From a virus: a stretch of DNA of 64,000 nt. A program made the translations under genes and the position numbers. This document shows, one piece after another, positions 20,579 to 29,909 of this stretch. The first letter of the stretch is position 1, and each line of letters starts with the position of its first letter. The stretch is taken from positions 5,816 to 69,815 of the IMG/VR virus record IMGVR_UViG_3300025626_001351; one strand, given 5' to 3'. The notes below the pieces were generated by a model. It had not been told where the DNA came from and did not search any database. It was given only the letters and a program-made list of their open reading frames with translations.

Positions 20579-21323
20579 TTGGGTCTAATTTTCTAATTTC
20601 TAATTCCTCTACGATACCACCTTTTGGATATGGTAATGTTGGATGTTTTAAATTCTTAAGTAACTTTCTTCGTTGACCACCCTTAGCGAGAATGTAAACA
20701 TATCTGTGCTTTCGTGGTTCTTTACGAATCCAAAATGAGGTCTCCACCTGCTCTTGTATCTTTTTAGGATTGTTAGTTCCATAATATGGAAATATAGTTC
20801 TACCATGTTGCCATTCACCATCTTCGGTAAATTTAAAACTCCAGCTATCATTGAATCTTAACTCATTACCCTGGTACTCCCAATTAGTAGCTTGGTAAAT
20901 TGTACCAGCGTGTCCTTCTTTTGGGTCTGAATATGATATTAATCCTTTTATTTGTGGTTGGTTTTCTCGTAACCATTGAAACGTCTGTCCTAAGAACCAA
21001 CTCTCTATATTAGAACCATAATCGTCAAATACAAACAGTCTTACTAACTCTAAAACTTGAGTTCTATCTAATAATGGTGTAATTGACTGACCACTTAATC
21101 TTCCGATTGGGTCACCATAACAAGCGACTCCAATTAACTTTTCACTACAATTAAAGAACTGATGTTCCTCAACGTCAGATGTAAACAAACCTATGGCGTG
21201 AGATACCTTAGTCCATAGATGTGAATAATGGTTTTTTACTATGATATCCTTGGCGACAGATTTGGAAATTTTTCTAACTGATAACTTTGATGTGTCACAA
21301 TAAGATTTTCCCTCTTCTTTCAT
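20565..21323 (-). CDS. Mom-family (GNAT) DNA-modifying acyltransferase, paralog 1
   Basis: IVKNHYSH, GVACYG, LELVRLF, NIESW, ISYSDP..HAGTIYQATNW, KHRY. Confidence 0.8.
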   Translation of the reverse strand: MKEEGKSYCDTSKLSVRKISKSVAKDIIVKNHYSHLWTKVSHAIGLFTSDVEEHQFFNCSEKLIGVACYGDPIGRLSGQSITPLLDRTQVLELVRLFVFDDYGSNIESWFLGQTFQWLRENQPQIKGLISYSDPKEGHAGTIYQATNWEYQGNELRFNDSWSFKFTEDGEWQHGRTIFPYYGTNNPKKIQEQVETSFWIRKEPRKHRYVYILAKGGQRRKLLKNLKHPTLPYPKGGIVEELEIRKLDPIERS

Positions 21324-21526
21324 TATTGATAGTCGTTAAATTCTCCAAATAAAATGTGTGTCCATGTTTGTCCTTTAACAATCTTTCGAATGTTGGCTGG
21401 GGATACTCCATTGTTTTTAGCTAATACTCTAATATTTCTATGTCCAACAGACCACAATTGTCTAATAGACCTAACTTGTCGTTCTGTTAATTTATGTGCG
21501 GGATGTGATTCACCTCTTAATGCCAT
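21323..21526 (-). CDS. Small HTH DNA-binding protein (resembles the HNH endonuclease C-terminal domain)
   Basis: RGESHPAHKLTERQVRSIR..LAKNNGVS..IRKIVKGQTW. The track GTG at 21541 overlaps the promoter, so ATG 21526 is preferred. Confidence 0.65.
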   Translation of the reverse strand: MALRGESHPAHKLTERQVRSIRQLWSVGHRNIRVLAKNNGVSPANIRKIVKGQTWTHILFGEFNDYQ

Positions 21527-21540
21527 TCTAAATCTTTTCA

Positions 21541-21572
21541 CTAATATACGAATTTATTTTGTAATTTCCAAA
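21541..21572 (-). promoter_or_regulatory. Bacteroidota-type sigma70 promoter (HTH-Mom-Mom)
   Basis: TTTG-N20-TATATTAG. Confidence 0.8.
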
Positions 21573-22129
21573 CTTAAGTCACCATTTCTTACACCACTTG
21601 GTGGGTCTGTCCATAAGTTTATAGCTATGGCGCTTCTAAGACCTCTTGTTACAGGTGTAACTTTATGATGATGATATCCAGCTGGAAATATAACCAATCT
21701 ATTTTTCTTTGGTGCAATACATTCTGGAATTGTATCAGGGGTTGTATATGGGTTTTCTTCATATATTTCAAGAAACCCACCATCTATATCATTTTCAATA
21801 GGATAATAGACCGTACCAATTATTGGACTGACAATTTCACCTGTTTTTAAGTAAAGTGCTTCGTCTTTATCAAGATGAAATGGTAACCCCTCAGGTTTAG
21901 TTTCATCATACTGACCTGTCCAATATTCAAATCCACTAACAGACATCTGCTTATATGGTGATGCTTCACCCCAAATAGCTTGTATCAGCCGTTTTTTAAG
22001 AGTGTTTGCTGGTGTGTTCCACCAACCATCCCACCACATATATTGCCCACCATTATCGAAAAAGGTTTTGTCATTTTGCAAGTCGTTCAATAACGACTCG
22101 TCTTTAATAAAATCATCTATTACAATCAT
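21554..22129 (-). CDS. 2OG-Fe(II) oxygenase
   Basis: MIVIDDF, HLD, GGFL, NRLVIF, HKV, R-S-A. Confidence 0.8.
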   Translation of the reverse strand: MIVIDDFIKDESLLNDLQNDKTFFDNGGQYMWWDGWWNTPANTLKKRLIQAIWGEASPYKQMSVSGFEYWTGQYDETKPEGLPFHLDKDEALYLKTGEIVSPIIGTVYYPIENDIDGGFLEIYEENPYTTPDTIPECIAPKKNRLVIFPAGYHHHKVTPVTRGLRSAIAINLWTDPPSGVRNGDLSLEITK

Positions 22130-23217
22130 AACTTTTCTACTTTTGTTAGGGCTGATGCTATCACTTGATGCATATCATAATACTTATATTCTGCTAATCT
22201 ACCACCAAACACTACTTTATCTTGAGCATCTGCTAGCTTTTTATATTTAGAATATAGCTTTTTGTTTAAATCATCACTTACAGGATAAAATGGTTCAATA
22301 CCACGTTCATATAGTATAGGATATTCCCAACTAACATATGTACCCTTCTGACCTTGGTCATCGAAATGTTTATGTTCTATCTTTCGAGTGTATGGTGTCT
22401 TGGAGTCTGTATAGTTCATTACAGCACATCCTTGGTGATTGTCGACTGATTTATACATCTTATTCATCCAATGAACTGATTTGTATTCTAAATCACCATA
22501 TTTGTAATCAAAATACTTATCAATTGGACCTGTATAAATTATAGTCTCACCTAAATCATCCCAATAATCTTTATTCTCTAAATAATCACAATCTGTAAAT
22601 ACTTTAACATCCTCTAATAACTTATCAAATATCTGAGTATATCCACCAATTGGCATTCCTTGATACTTGTCATTAAAGTAATTATCATTATATGTAAATC
22701 TTACAGGTAATCTTTTTATGATTGCTGCTGGTAGTAACTTTGCCGACTTCTTCCATTGTTTTTCAGTATAACCTTTTATTAACTTCTCATATACGTCTTT
22801 ACCTACTAATGATAATGCTTGCTCTTCTAAATTAGTAATCTTACCTTTAAATCGTTGTGATTCTATCTTTTCTTTAGCTTCTTTAGGAGTCGTTACTCCC
22901 CACATTTTATTAAAGGTATTCATATTAAATGGTAATGGGTATAAATCACCTTTATAGTTTGCTATTGGATTTAAATGAAATTGTTTAAAATCAGCAAATT
23001 GATTTATCCATTGCCAAATGCGTTCGTTATTAGTATGGAAGATGTGAGGCCCGTATGTGTGAACATGGATATCATTTTTATTCTCAGTATAACAATTACC
23101 ACCAATGTGTTTTCTTTTTTCTAAGACTAATACCTTTTTACCACGTTCTTTTAATTCATAAGCACAAGTAGCTCCGAACAATCCTGACCCAACTATGACG
23201 TAATCGTATTTATACAT
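22126..23217 (-). CDS. glf: UDP-galactopyranose mutase
   Basis: VGSGLFG, HIGGNCY, YGPHIFHT, GYTEKQW, YTGPID, GRLAEYKYYDMHQV. Track start 23274. Confidence 0.92.
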   Translation of the reverse strand: MYKYDYVIVGSGLFGATCAYELKERGKKVLVLEKRKHIGGNCYTENKNDIHVHTYGPHIFHTNNERIWQWINQFADFKQFHLNPIANYKGDLYPLPFNMNTFNKMWGVTTPKEAKEKIESQRFKGKITNLEEQALSLVGKDVYEKLIKGYTEKQWKKSAKLLPAAIIKRLPVRFTYNDNYFNDKYQGMPIGGYTQIFDKLLEDVKVFTDCDYLENKDYWDDLGETIIYTGPIDKYFDYKYGDLEYKSVHWMNKMYKSVDNHQGCAVMNYTDSKTPYTRKIEHKHFDDQGQKGTYVSWEYPILYERGIEPFYPVSDDLNKKLYSKYKKLADAQDKVVFGGRLAEYKYYDMHQVIASALTKVEKL

Positions 23218-24322
23218 ATTTAGTAGCTTTAGTATGTAAGGTTTTACATAAATCACCCGTATCTTGATACGCATTGTTATCTATAAAAAATACTAATGAT
23301 GGGAATGGGTTTGTTCTACCCTCTTGGGTTAATTGATTAGTACACTTTATCATACTATTGTAATCCTCAATAGAGTCATAATATTTAGCTAAATATACTA
23401 AGTGTTCGTTTCTTAATTCAGAGAATCGGTTAGCATCATTTAGATATTTTAACATATTATCAATATCACCTAACCATTCATAAGCTTGAGCAATTAAATA
23501 ACAAGCATAGTAAGCCATTTCATCGTGTTGGAATACGTTCGATTGAATAGTATTTTCATAGTCATGTGTTTGATTCAAGTACATATTGAAGTAAAATATA
23601 ACTCGCCTTGCATATTCATCTGAGTGTGCTTTTCCAAATGGTAATTCGCCCATAGCACGATACCCATCATTGTATGATTTAGCTATATACCATAAATGAT
23701 AATTATCTTCTAAGACTAAATTGGATGGTACTTTATCTAATTCCAAGGTTAGCCCATCTGTAATAAACTTCATTGGAGCGTTCCAAGTATCACCATCGTT
23801 TGTAATAATTTGCCTAAATCCAGCGGATAAATTATGTCTATGAAAGTCTTCACCTATCTCTGGTAAATGTATAGTTTCATGACGCTTGTCATGTTGGAAA
23901 AACCATGGTCGGTTTGCATTCCACATCCAAGTTCTGTAATACAATGAGAATCCTGGATCTGCTACTATATTAAATGAATCTATTGATGTATCATCAAATA
24001 TAGACCAATCAAAATCTTCGTCAACTTGAAGCTGCTCATCAGCATCCATTCTTAGAATCCAATCACACCCATGGTCTGCTGCTATACACTCTTGTAAAGT
24101 ATGGTCACGATTCCAACCTGGATAGTCCCAATCAATATAGTAAGTAAATCCTGGTGTATTATTAGCTTTGAAAAACCTATCGATAATATCTCGTGTATCA
24201 TCATTTCCATTACATTGAATAACATAATAATCTACATAATCTACAACTGAATCTAACATTCGTTGGATAGTAGCTGCTTCATTACCAACCATGGCATTCA
24301 AAACTATTTTGGTTTTTTTCAT
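23210..24322 (-). CDS. GT2-like glycosyltransferase with C-terminal TPR-like repeats
   Basis: LNAMVGNE, WILRMDADE, RHETI; helical YIAKSY and YLIAQAY repeats. Confidence 0.75.
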   Translation of the reverse strand: MKKTKIVLNAMVGNEAATIQRMLDSVVDYVDYYVIQCNGNDDTRDIIDRFFKANNTPGFTYYIDWDYPGWNRDHTLQECIAADHGCDWILRMDADEQLQVDEDFDWSIFDDTSIDSFNIVADPGFSLYYRTWMWNANRPWFFQHDKRHETIHLPEIGEDFHRHNLSAGFRQIITNDGDTWNAPMKFITDGLTLELDKVPSNLVLEDNYHLWYIAKSYNDGYRAMGELPFGKAHSDEYARRVIFYFNMYLNQTHDYENTIQSNVFQHDEMAYYACYLIAQAYEWLGDIDNMLKYLNDANRFSELRNEHLVYLAKYYDSIEDYNSMIKCTNQLTQEGRTNPFPSLVFFIDNNAYQDTGDLCKTLHTKATKYV

Positions 24323-24335
24323 AACTATTTTTTAA

Positions 24336-24572
24336 TTATACACTTAGATATACATTAACTGGTTTTACTCCGATGTGTCGTTTTACTTCGTGACCATTAT
24401 CTAATAGAATTACAGTGGGTACATTCCTTATACCATATTTTTGTGCAATATCAGATTGTTCATCAACATTAATTTTTCTTACTGGGATAGTTTGTCCCAC
24501 ACTTTGCATTACCGGCCCTAATGTTCTACATGGCCCACACCATGGGGCTGAGAAATATAAGTACTCTTTCAT
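24336..24572 (-). CDS. trxA: Thioredoxin
   Basis: WCGPC, IRNVPT; next to nrdA. Confidence 0.9.
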   Translation of the reverse strand: MKEYLYFSAPWCGPCRTLGPVMQSVGQTIPVRKINVDEQSDIAQKYGIRNVPTVILLDNGHEVKRHIGVKPVNVYLSV

Positions 24573-24584
24573 AATTCTACCTTT

Positions 24585-26369
24585 TTAACCATCACAGGAT
24601 ATACAATCTGGGTCAAGGGCTCGTGCTGCGATGTCTCCACGAAGTACTGACTCAGTTCTCATATAATAGAGAGTTTTAATTCCTTGTTCCCAAGCTTCCA
24701 TATGAATTTGATTAATCCATTTTGGACTTGCTTCTGATGGGAACGCTAAGTTCAATGAAACTGATTGGTCGATGTATTGTTGTCTTACACCGGCTTGTTT
24801 AACCAAATCTAATTGATTAATTTCTTTAAATGTTTTAAATACATCTTTGACCCAAAATACTTGGTCTTTATCAAATACTTCTTGTGGTATGTCGTCTTTT
24901 TTCATTAACTTTCCATCGACATATCCCCAATCGTCCAATTCTTTTATATCTTGAATTGAACCACCATCGGATAAGATTTTATCCCAAGTAGACTTTTTAT
25001 TGATTCCAACTTTTCTAAGTACTTTTTCTAATTCAATATTTTTTCTAATAAACGTACCTTTTGCGGTTTGTTCAGTAAATACGTTGGAAGGCCAAGGTTC
25101 AATCCCAGCAGATACATTACCACTTAACTTAGAATTAGAAACAGTTGGAGCGATTGCTCTTAAGTGAGTGTTTCTAAATCCAGTTCCAACACACCATAAT
25201 GGTTCACCTAATTCAGCTGCCATATCTCTTGATGCTCTTTCAGATTCAATTTTTAATTGCGAAAATATCTTACGAGTTTCAAACTGAGCAGTTAATCCTT
25301 CAAATGGAATTCCTTTACGTTGTAAGTAAGTGTGCCATCCTAATGTACCTAATCCTAACGCTCTACCTTTTTCAGCTGAACGTACTGAGTTATCAAAACC
25401 TTTCATATTCTTAGCTCTTTGAAGAAACTCTTCCATAACCCCATCTAAGAACCATGTTGCTGTGTAGATTAAATCAGTATCTTTCCATTCATCATATTTT
25501 GCTAAGTTAAGGGAAGATAAACAACAAACGAATGAATGTGATTCATCTGTATGTAGTGTAATTTCAGAACATATGTTTGTCATATGAACTTTTAATCCAT
25601 TATCTTTGTATGCTCTTGGGTTTTGTTTATTAACATTACCCTTATACATTACATATGGTTCACCAGTTGCTTTTCTCTTTTGAAGTACTTTACCCCATTT
25701 TCTACGAGCTTCTACATCACCTTCTTTAAGTTTTCTCATAAACTTATCACCAACAACCACACATTGATGTAAGTTCAAACATTGTCTGTTTACATCACCT
25801 TTGGGTTCTCTAATTTCAATCCACTCATCAAAATCATCATGGTCTATGTTTAAGTTTACAGATGCTGCCCCACGTCTTACTGCCCCTTGATTAGTAGCAA
25901 GTATTGTAGAATCATATATTTTAGCAAATGGTACAACACCATCTGATGTTCCATTACCTGTTATATTAGAACCAGCTGGTCGAATCATATTAATACCAAC
26001 ACCTACACCACCACCATGTTTGGCGAGTAGCATCATTTCTAAGTTTTTCAACCCAATATCTTGAATTGAATCAGCTACATCAATTCCAAAACAACTAATT
26101 GGTAATCCCCTATCAGTTCCAGTATTTGATAATACTGGCGATGCAAGGTTTAACCAACCCTTCCAAATGTAATCGAAGAACTTTGAAGCAAGTTGGGGTT
26201 TGTTTAATCTACGAGCTACTGCCGTTGATACTCTCCAATATGCATCTTTTGGTTTCTCTCCAGCAAGTAAGTAACCATTTGATATAGTTTTAACATATAT
26301 CTCTGTGTTACCCCATACAGGAAAGTCTACTCCAACTTCCCAATCTAAATCTTGTGCGTAATTTTTCAT
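24585..26369 (-). CDS. nrdA: Class I ribonucleotide reductase alpha subunit
   Basis: ISCF, TNICSEI, CCLSSLNL, AIAPT, KTLYY, C-terminal CISCDG. Confidence 0.95.
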   Translation of the reverse strand: MKNYAQDLDWEVGVDFPVWGNTEIYVKTISNGYLLAGEKPKDAYWRVSTAVARRLNKPQLASKFFDYIWKGWLNLASPVLSNTGTDRGLPISCFGIDVADSIQDIGLKNLEMMLLAKHGGGVGVGINMIRPAGSNITGNGTSDGVVPFAKIYDSTILATNQGAVRRGAASVNLNIDHDDFDEWIEIREPKGDVNRQCLNLHQCVVVGDKFMRKLKEGDVEARRKWGKVLQKRKATGEPYVMYKGNVNKQNPRAYKDNGLKVHMTNICSEITLHTDESHSFVCCLSSLNLAKYDEWKDTDLIYTATWFLDGVMEEFLQRAKNMKGFDNSVRSAEKGRALGLGTLGWHTYLQRKGIPFEGLTAQFETRKIFSQLKIESERASRDMAAELGEPLWCVGTGFRNTHLRAIAPTVSNSKLSGNVSAGIEPWPSNVFTEQTAKGTFIRKNIELEKVLRKVGINKKSTWDKILSDGGSIQDIKELDDWGYVDGKLMKKDDIPQEVFDKDQVFWVKDVFKTFKEINQLDLVKQAGVRQQYIDQSVSLNLAFPSEASPKWINQIHMEAWEQGIKTLYYMRTESVLRGDIAARALDPDCISCDG

Positions 26370-26375
26370 AATTAT

Positions 26376-27386
26376 TTAAAATAAATCATCCCAATCTTCA
26401 CCTTCACCTGCTTTACTATAATCAGTAGGTCTTACTGCGAAGAAATCTGTATGTGTTTGTCCACCTGTTAAATGGTAGAACCATTCTAATTCAGCGGCTG
26501 AATCTTTATCGTATTCAAAGTAGTAATCACCACCTTCAATTGCGTTATATCCTAATTCACCTAATTTTTCATTCAGACGTTGATTAATAAAGTTTTTTAA
26601 ATCTTCTTTTTTAAGATTTTCTAAATCACCCATTTCAAACATCTTGTCTATATATTTGTGTTCTAATGTCTGAATTAACTTAGCGGCTAGTACAATACTA
26701 TCTTTACTATCTTCTAATAACTCAGGATATTCGTCACACATATGTCTGAATAATTGACATCCCATTCGTGAGTGTAATGATTCGTCTCTTACCGACCATT
26801 TCATTTGTTGACCAATACCTTTTAGTTTGTTTCTCATCTGAAATGAGTAAAGTACTGCAAATGATGAATATAAAGCAACTCCTTCAGTAAACGCTGAGAA
26901 TATAGCTAATGATGTAGCTACTTCTTTTCTTGCTTCTGCGTTAGTTTTCAGGTCTTTATATGTGTATGAATTGGTAACTTCAGCCAAGTTATCAAATCGT
27001 TCTGCTGTAGCGGGTTCATGTAAAAATGCTTCAAAGTCTTCAAGACCAAGAGATTCATTTAAATATGAATAAGCCGTAGCGTGTATAGTTTCTTGAGAAC
27101 CGAACATCATAGCCATCTGTTTAATTTCATGCTTTGGAAACCAATGCGTAACCATATTAGTCCAATAGTCAGATACAGCACATTCTGTTTGGGCAAACCC
27201 TAAAAGGATGTTACCTACTAAATTCTTTTCTTCGGGTGTAAGATTTTCGTTCCAATCTTTAATATCACCCTGCATTGGTATTTCGGTATGTAACCAAAAT
27301 GCCTGAGCTTGCTTTAGCCAACCCTCTGTGTAGTACTCGGGATATTCAAACGGCTTAAAGGGTACTCGATTATCAAATAATCCCAT
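26376..27386 (-). CDS. nrdB: Class I ribonucleotide reductase beta subunit
   Basis: ETIHATAYS, EGVALYSSF, RDESLH, DFF. Confidence 0.95.
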   Translation of the reverse strand: MGLFDNRVPFKPFEYPEYYTEGWLKQAQAFWLHTEIPMQGDIKDWNENLTPEEKNLVGNILLGFAQTECAVSDYWTNMVTHWFPKHEIKQMAMMFGSQETIHATAYSYLNESLGLEDFEAFLHEPATAERFDNLAEVTNSYTYKDLKTNAEARKEVATSLAIFSAFTEGVALYSSFAVLYSFQMRNKLKGIGQQMKWSVRDESLHSRMGCQLFRHMCDEYPELLEDSKDSIVLAAKLIQTLEHKYIDKMFEMGDLENLKKEDLKNFINQRLNEKLGELGYNAIEGGDYYFEYDKDSAAELEWFYHLTGGQTHTDFFAVRPTDYSKAGEGEDWDDLF

Positions 27387-27453
27387 AATATTTACTTACT
27401 TTTTTATTGTTAAACTTAGTTGCTAGGTGAATATACATATTAAAAATTTAATA

Positions 27454-28815
27454 TTAAAATCCAATATCACCATTCATTTCTTTATATTTTTGAGCCAATT
27501 CTTTTCTTACTAAACTCTCCCCACCTTTCATCTCTTTCTTAGTCTGTTGACCAGAAATGGAATCTTCATTATAGATGTGGATTTGCCCAGTAGAAAAGTT
27601 AGCTTTGGATGGAAATGTCATCCCATCAGGACCAAATCGGTTTTTTATTACGTGCCATCTACCTGTACCTGCAAGCTTGTCTTCAATCTTACGAGATAAA
27701 GATACCACAAAATCAGCAGTCATCATTTTTGAGAATGACCCAGCAATCTTTGTACCTGTAATAATATCGTCTTCTGCCCCACTTCTGTTAATCTGAGATG
27801 CTGTAAATACTGGAACTTCATATTCACCTGCCATACCACGAAGGTCTTCTATAATTTCTTCCAACTCTTCGTGTCGTTTCTCTTTTGCATGACCATTCCT
27901 TAATAAATCAGCGTAATCTACAATAACCACATCTGGCTTTTTACCTTGAAGTGTCATTTTATCCATATGAGCTTTAAGTGAATTAACACTTGCAGTTTTC
28001 GTAGGATAGTGTTTCACCACTAAGTCACCTGATACGGTATTTACAGCTTTCTTGACATCTTCCATATTGTACTTAAGGTTAGCTACTGCTACACCACTTA
28101 ATACAGCATCATATCGTTGACCTGTATAACCCTCGTTTAATTCAAGAGTATAATGTGCGACTATCTTACCCTTCTTCATAGCGTTAACACCAATGTTAAC
28201 TAATGCCCATGATTTACCAATACCTGGAGGAGCTGCCATAAGTATTAACTCACCTTTACCGAATCCACCTTGAGTAATCTCATCTATAACATCCCAACCA
28301 CTTGATACAACATTTCGTACTGAGTCTTCGTATCTCTCAATAATCATTGTTTTATATTCATGACCTAAATCAGAATCTTGACCTGCTTTCATAGCATTAT
28401 CAATATTCTTTTTAATCATCTCATAATGACCATTTTCTAATAATGGTACTGAATCTAAGATTGCGTTTTTAATTGATTGATTTTTACAAAAGTCAAGGAC
28501 TTGTTCTTTTACAAACTCTAAGTCATCACTTTCGAGGTGATTCCAAGCGAATTTAAGTATATCTACTACTGAGGTTTGAAGTACGTCACGTTCAATAGAG
28601 TTAATTTTAACTTTAAGGACATCTAAGGTAGGCATTTGCTCGTAATCATTAAAGTGTTTCATAATGGTTTTAACTAACCATTCAGACCCTTCTGAATCAA
28701 AATACTCTGGCATAAGGATATCATATATCTGACGAAACCACGCCCTATCTGATAATATACTTGATATTACTTTATTCTGAAATGATGTACTAAACTTACT
28801 TCCTAACTTCTCCAT
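27454..28815 (-). CDS. Replicative DnaB-like helicase (gp41-like)
   Basis: APPGIGKS, TLE, VDYADLL, TASQINR, KNRFG. Confidence 0.92.
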   Translation of the reverse strand: MEKLGSKFSTSFQNKVISSILSDRAWFRQIYDILMPEYFDSEGSEWLVKTIMKHFNDYEQMPTLDVLKVKINSIERDVLQTSVVDILKFAWNHLESDDLEFVKEQVLDFCKNQSIKNAILDSVPLLENGHYEMIKKNIDNAMKAGQDSDLGHEYKTMIIERYEDSVRNVVSSGWDVIDEITQGGFGKGELILMAAPPGIGKSWALVNIGVNAMKKGKIVAHYTLELNEGYTGQRYDAVLSGVAVANLKYNMEDVKKAVNTVSGDLVVKHYPTKTASVNSLKAHMDKMTLQGKKPDVVIVDYADLLRNGHAKEKRHEELEEIIEDLRGMAGEYEVPVFTASQINRSGAEDDIITGTKIAGSFSKMMTADFVVSLSRKIEDKLAGTGRWHVIKNRFGPDGMTFPSKANFSTGQIHIYNEDSISGQQTKKEMKGGESLVRKELAQKYKEMNGDIGF

Positions 28816-28821
28816 ATGATA

Positions 28822-28853
28822 CTAATATACGAAATTTAATTTTACTATCCAAA
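28822..28853 (-). promoter_or_regulatory. Bacteroidota-type sigma70 promoter (helicase)
   Basis: TTTG-N20-TATATTAG; ATG 6 nt downstream. Confidence 0.8.
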
Positions 28854-28868
28854 CTTATTGGATTAAAA

Positions 28869-29909
28869 TTACTCTGCATTTTTTAAAAAGTTTTCAAGTG
28901 ATGTAAATGAGTTGCGTAACCAGCTATCCACATTAGCAAATGTAGTGTATAACTTGTCATACAAAAACATTTTCTTGAATTGTACCATATCCAATCGGTC
29001 TGACCCAGTATCCATGATACTTCTAACATTTGATTTGATTGATGATGAAATATCGGGGTCTTTTAATTGCATTAGATTGTAGTTCATATTGATAGTTGTC
29101 ACATTTTCTAATAACTTTTGTGACAACTTATCATCACACTCCGTTGAACATTTATCAATGAATGTATCTAAATTAAGAACATCCCCATTCAGGAATGACA
29201 TTTTGCTATGAATTGTCTTAGGGCCAACACCTCGTATACCTGTTATATTGTCAGACTTATCACCTTCCATTACACGATAAAACACAAGATTTTGTGGTAT
29301 AACCCCATACTCTGAGCTCACTAATGCCTCATCATACATTTTCTTCTTAGTTGGTGCCCACACTTTAATTCGTGGATTTACCAATTGTAGAAAGTCTTTG
29401 TCTGATGAAATGATTGTAACTTCTTTTTTAAAATAATGATTTGCTAACCATGCTATAATATCATCAGCTTCTACATAATCAATGTAAGTTAATGATATCG
29501 GTAATACTTGAAGATATTCTATAAGTCTAGCAAATTGCTTTCTCATAGATATGGATTGGTCTTCTAAATCTTCATAACCAACCAATCTATTAACCTTAGT
29601 TAATCCAGTTCGACCTTCCTTATATCCTTTATATACAGACTTTCTACGATTTGAACCACCTTTACCATCGAATACAATTACCACACGAGTTGGTTTTAGT
29701 CTACGAATGGTTGCGGCGGTGGACAGTAGAAATCCTGTCACACCACCACAATGTTCACCATCGTCATTCAAGGCAGGTACTGCCCCAAAGCATCTAATAA
29801 ATTGATTAAGTCCATCAATGATTAAAACTTTATCATTTAATGATTCATCTTTTGTTTCATTATGTTCTTTACTAACTTCTTTGAGTAGTTCCTTATACCT
29901 ATTATGCAT
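28869..29909 (-). CDS. 5'-3' exonuclease / flap endonuclease (T4 RNase H-like)
   Basis: LIIDGLN, VFDG, YKEGR, EADD, SSDKDFLQL, GDKSDNITGIRGVGPKT. Confidence 0.92.
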   Translation of the reverse strand: MHNRYKELLKEVSKEHNETKDESLNDKVLIIDGLNQFIRCFGAVPALNDDGEHCGGVTGFLLSTAATIRRLKPTRVVIVFDGKGGSNRRKSVYKGYKEGRTGLTKVNRLVGYEDLEDQSISMRKQFARLIEYLQVLPISLTYIDYVEADDIIAWLANHYFKKEVTIISSDKDFLQLVNPRIKVWAPTKKKMYDEALVSSEYGVIPQNLVFYRVMEGDKSDNITGIRGVGPKTIHSKMSFLNGDVLNLDTFIDKCSTECDDKLSQKLLENVTTINMNYNLMQLKDPDISSSIKSNVRSIMDTGSDRLDMVQFKKMFLYDKLYTTFANVDSWLRNSFTSLENFLKNAE

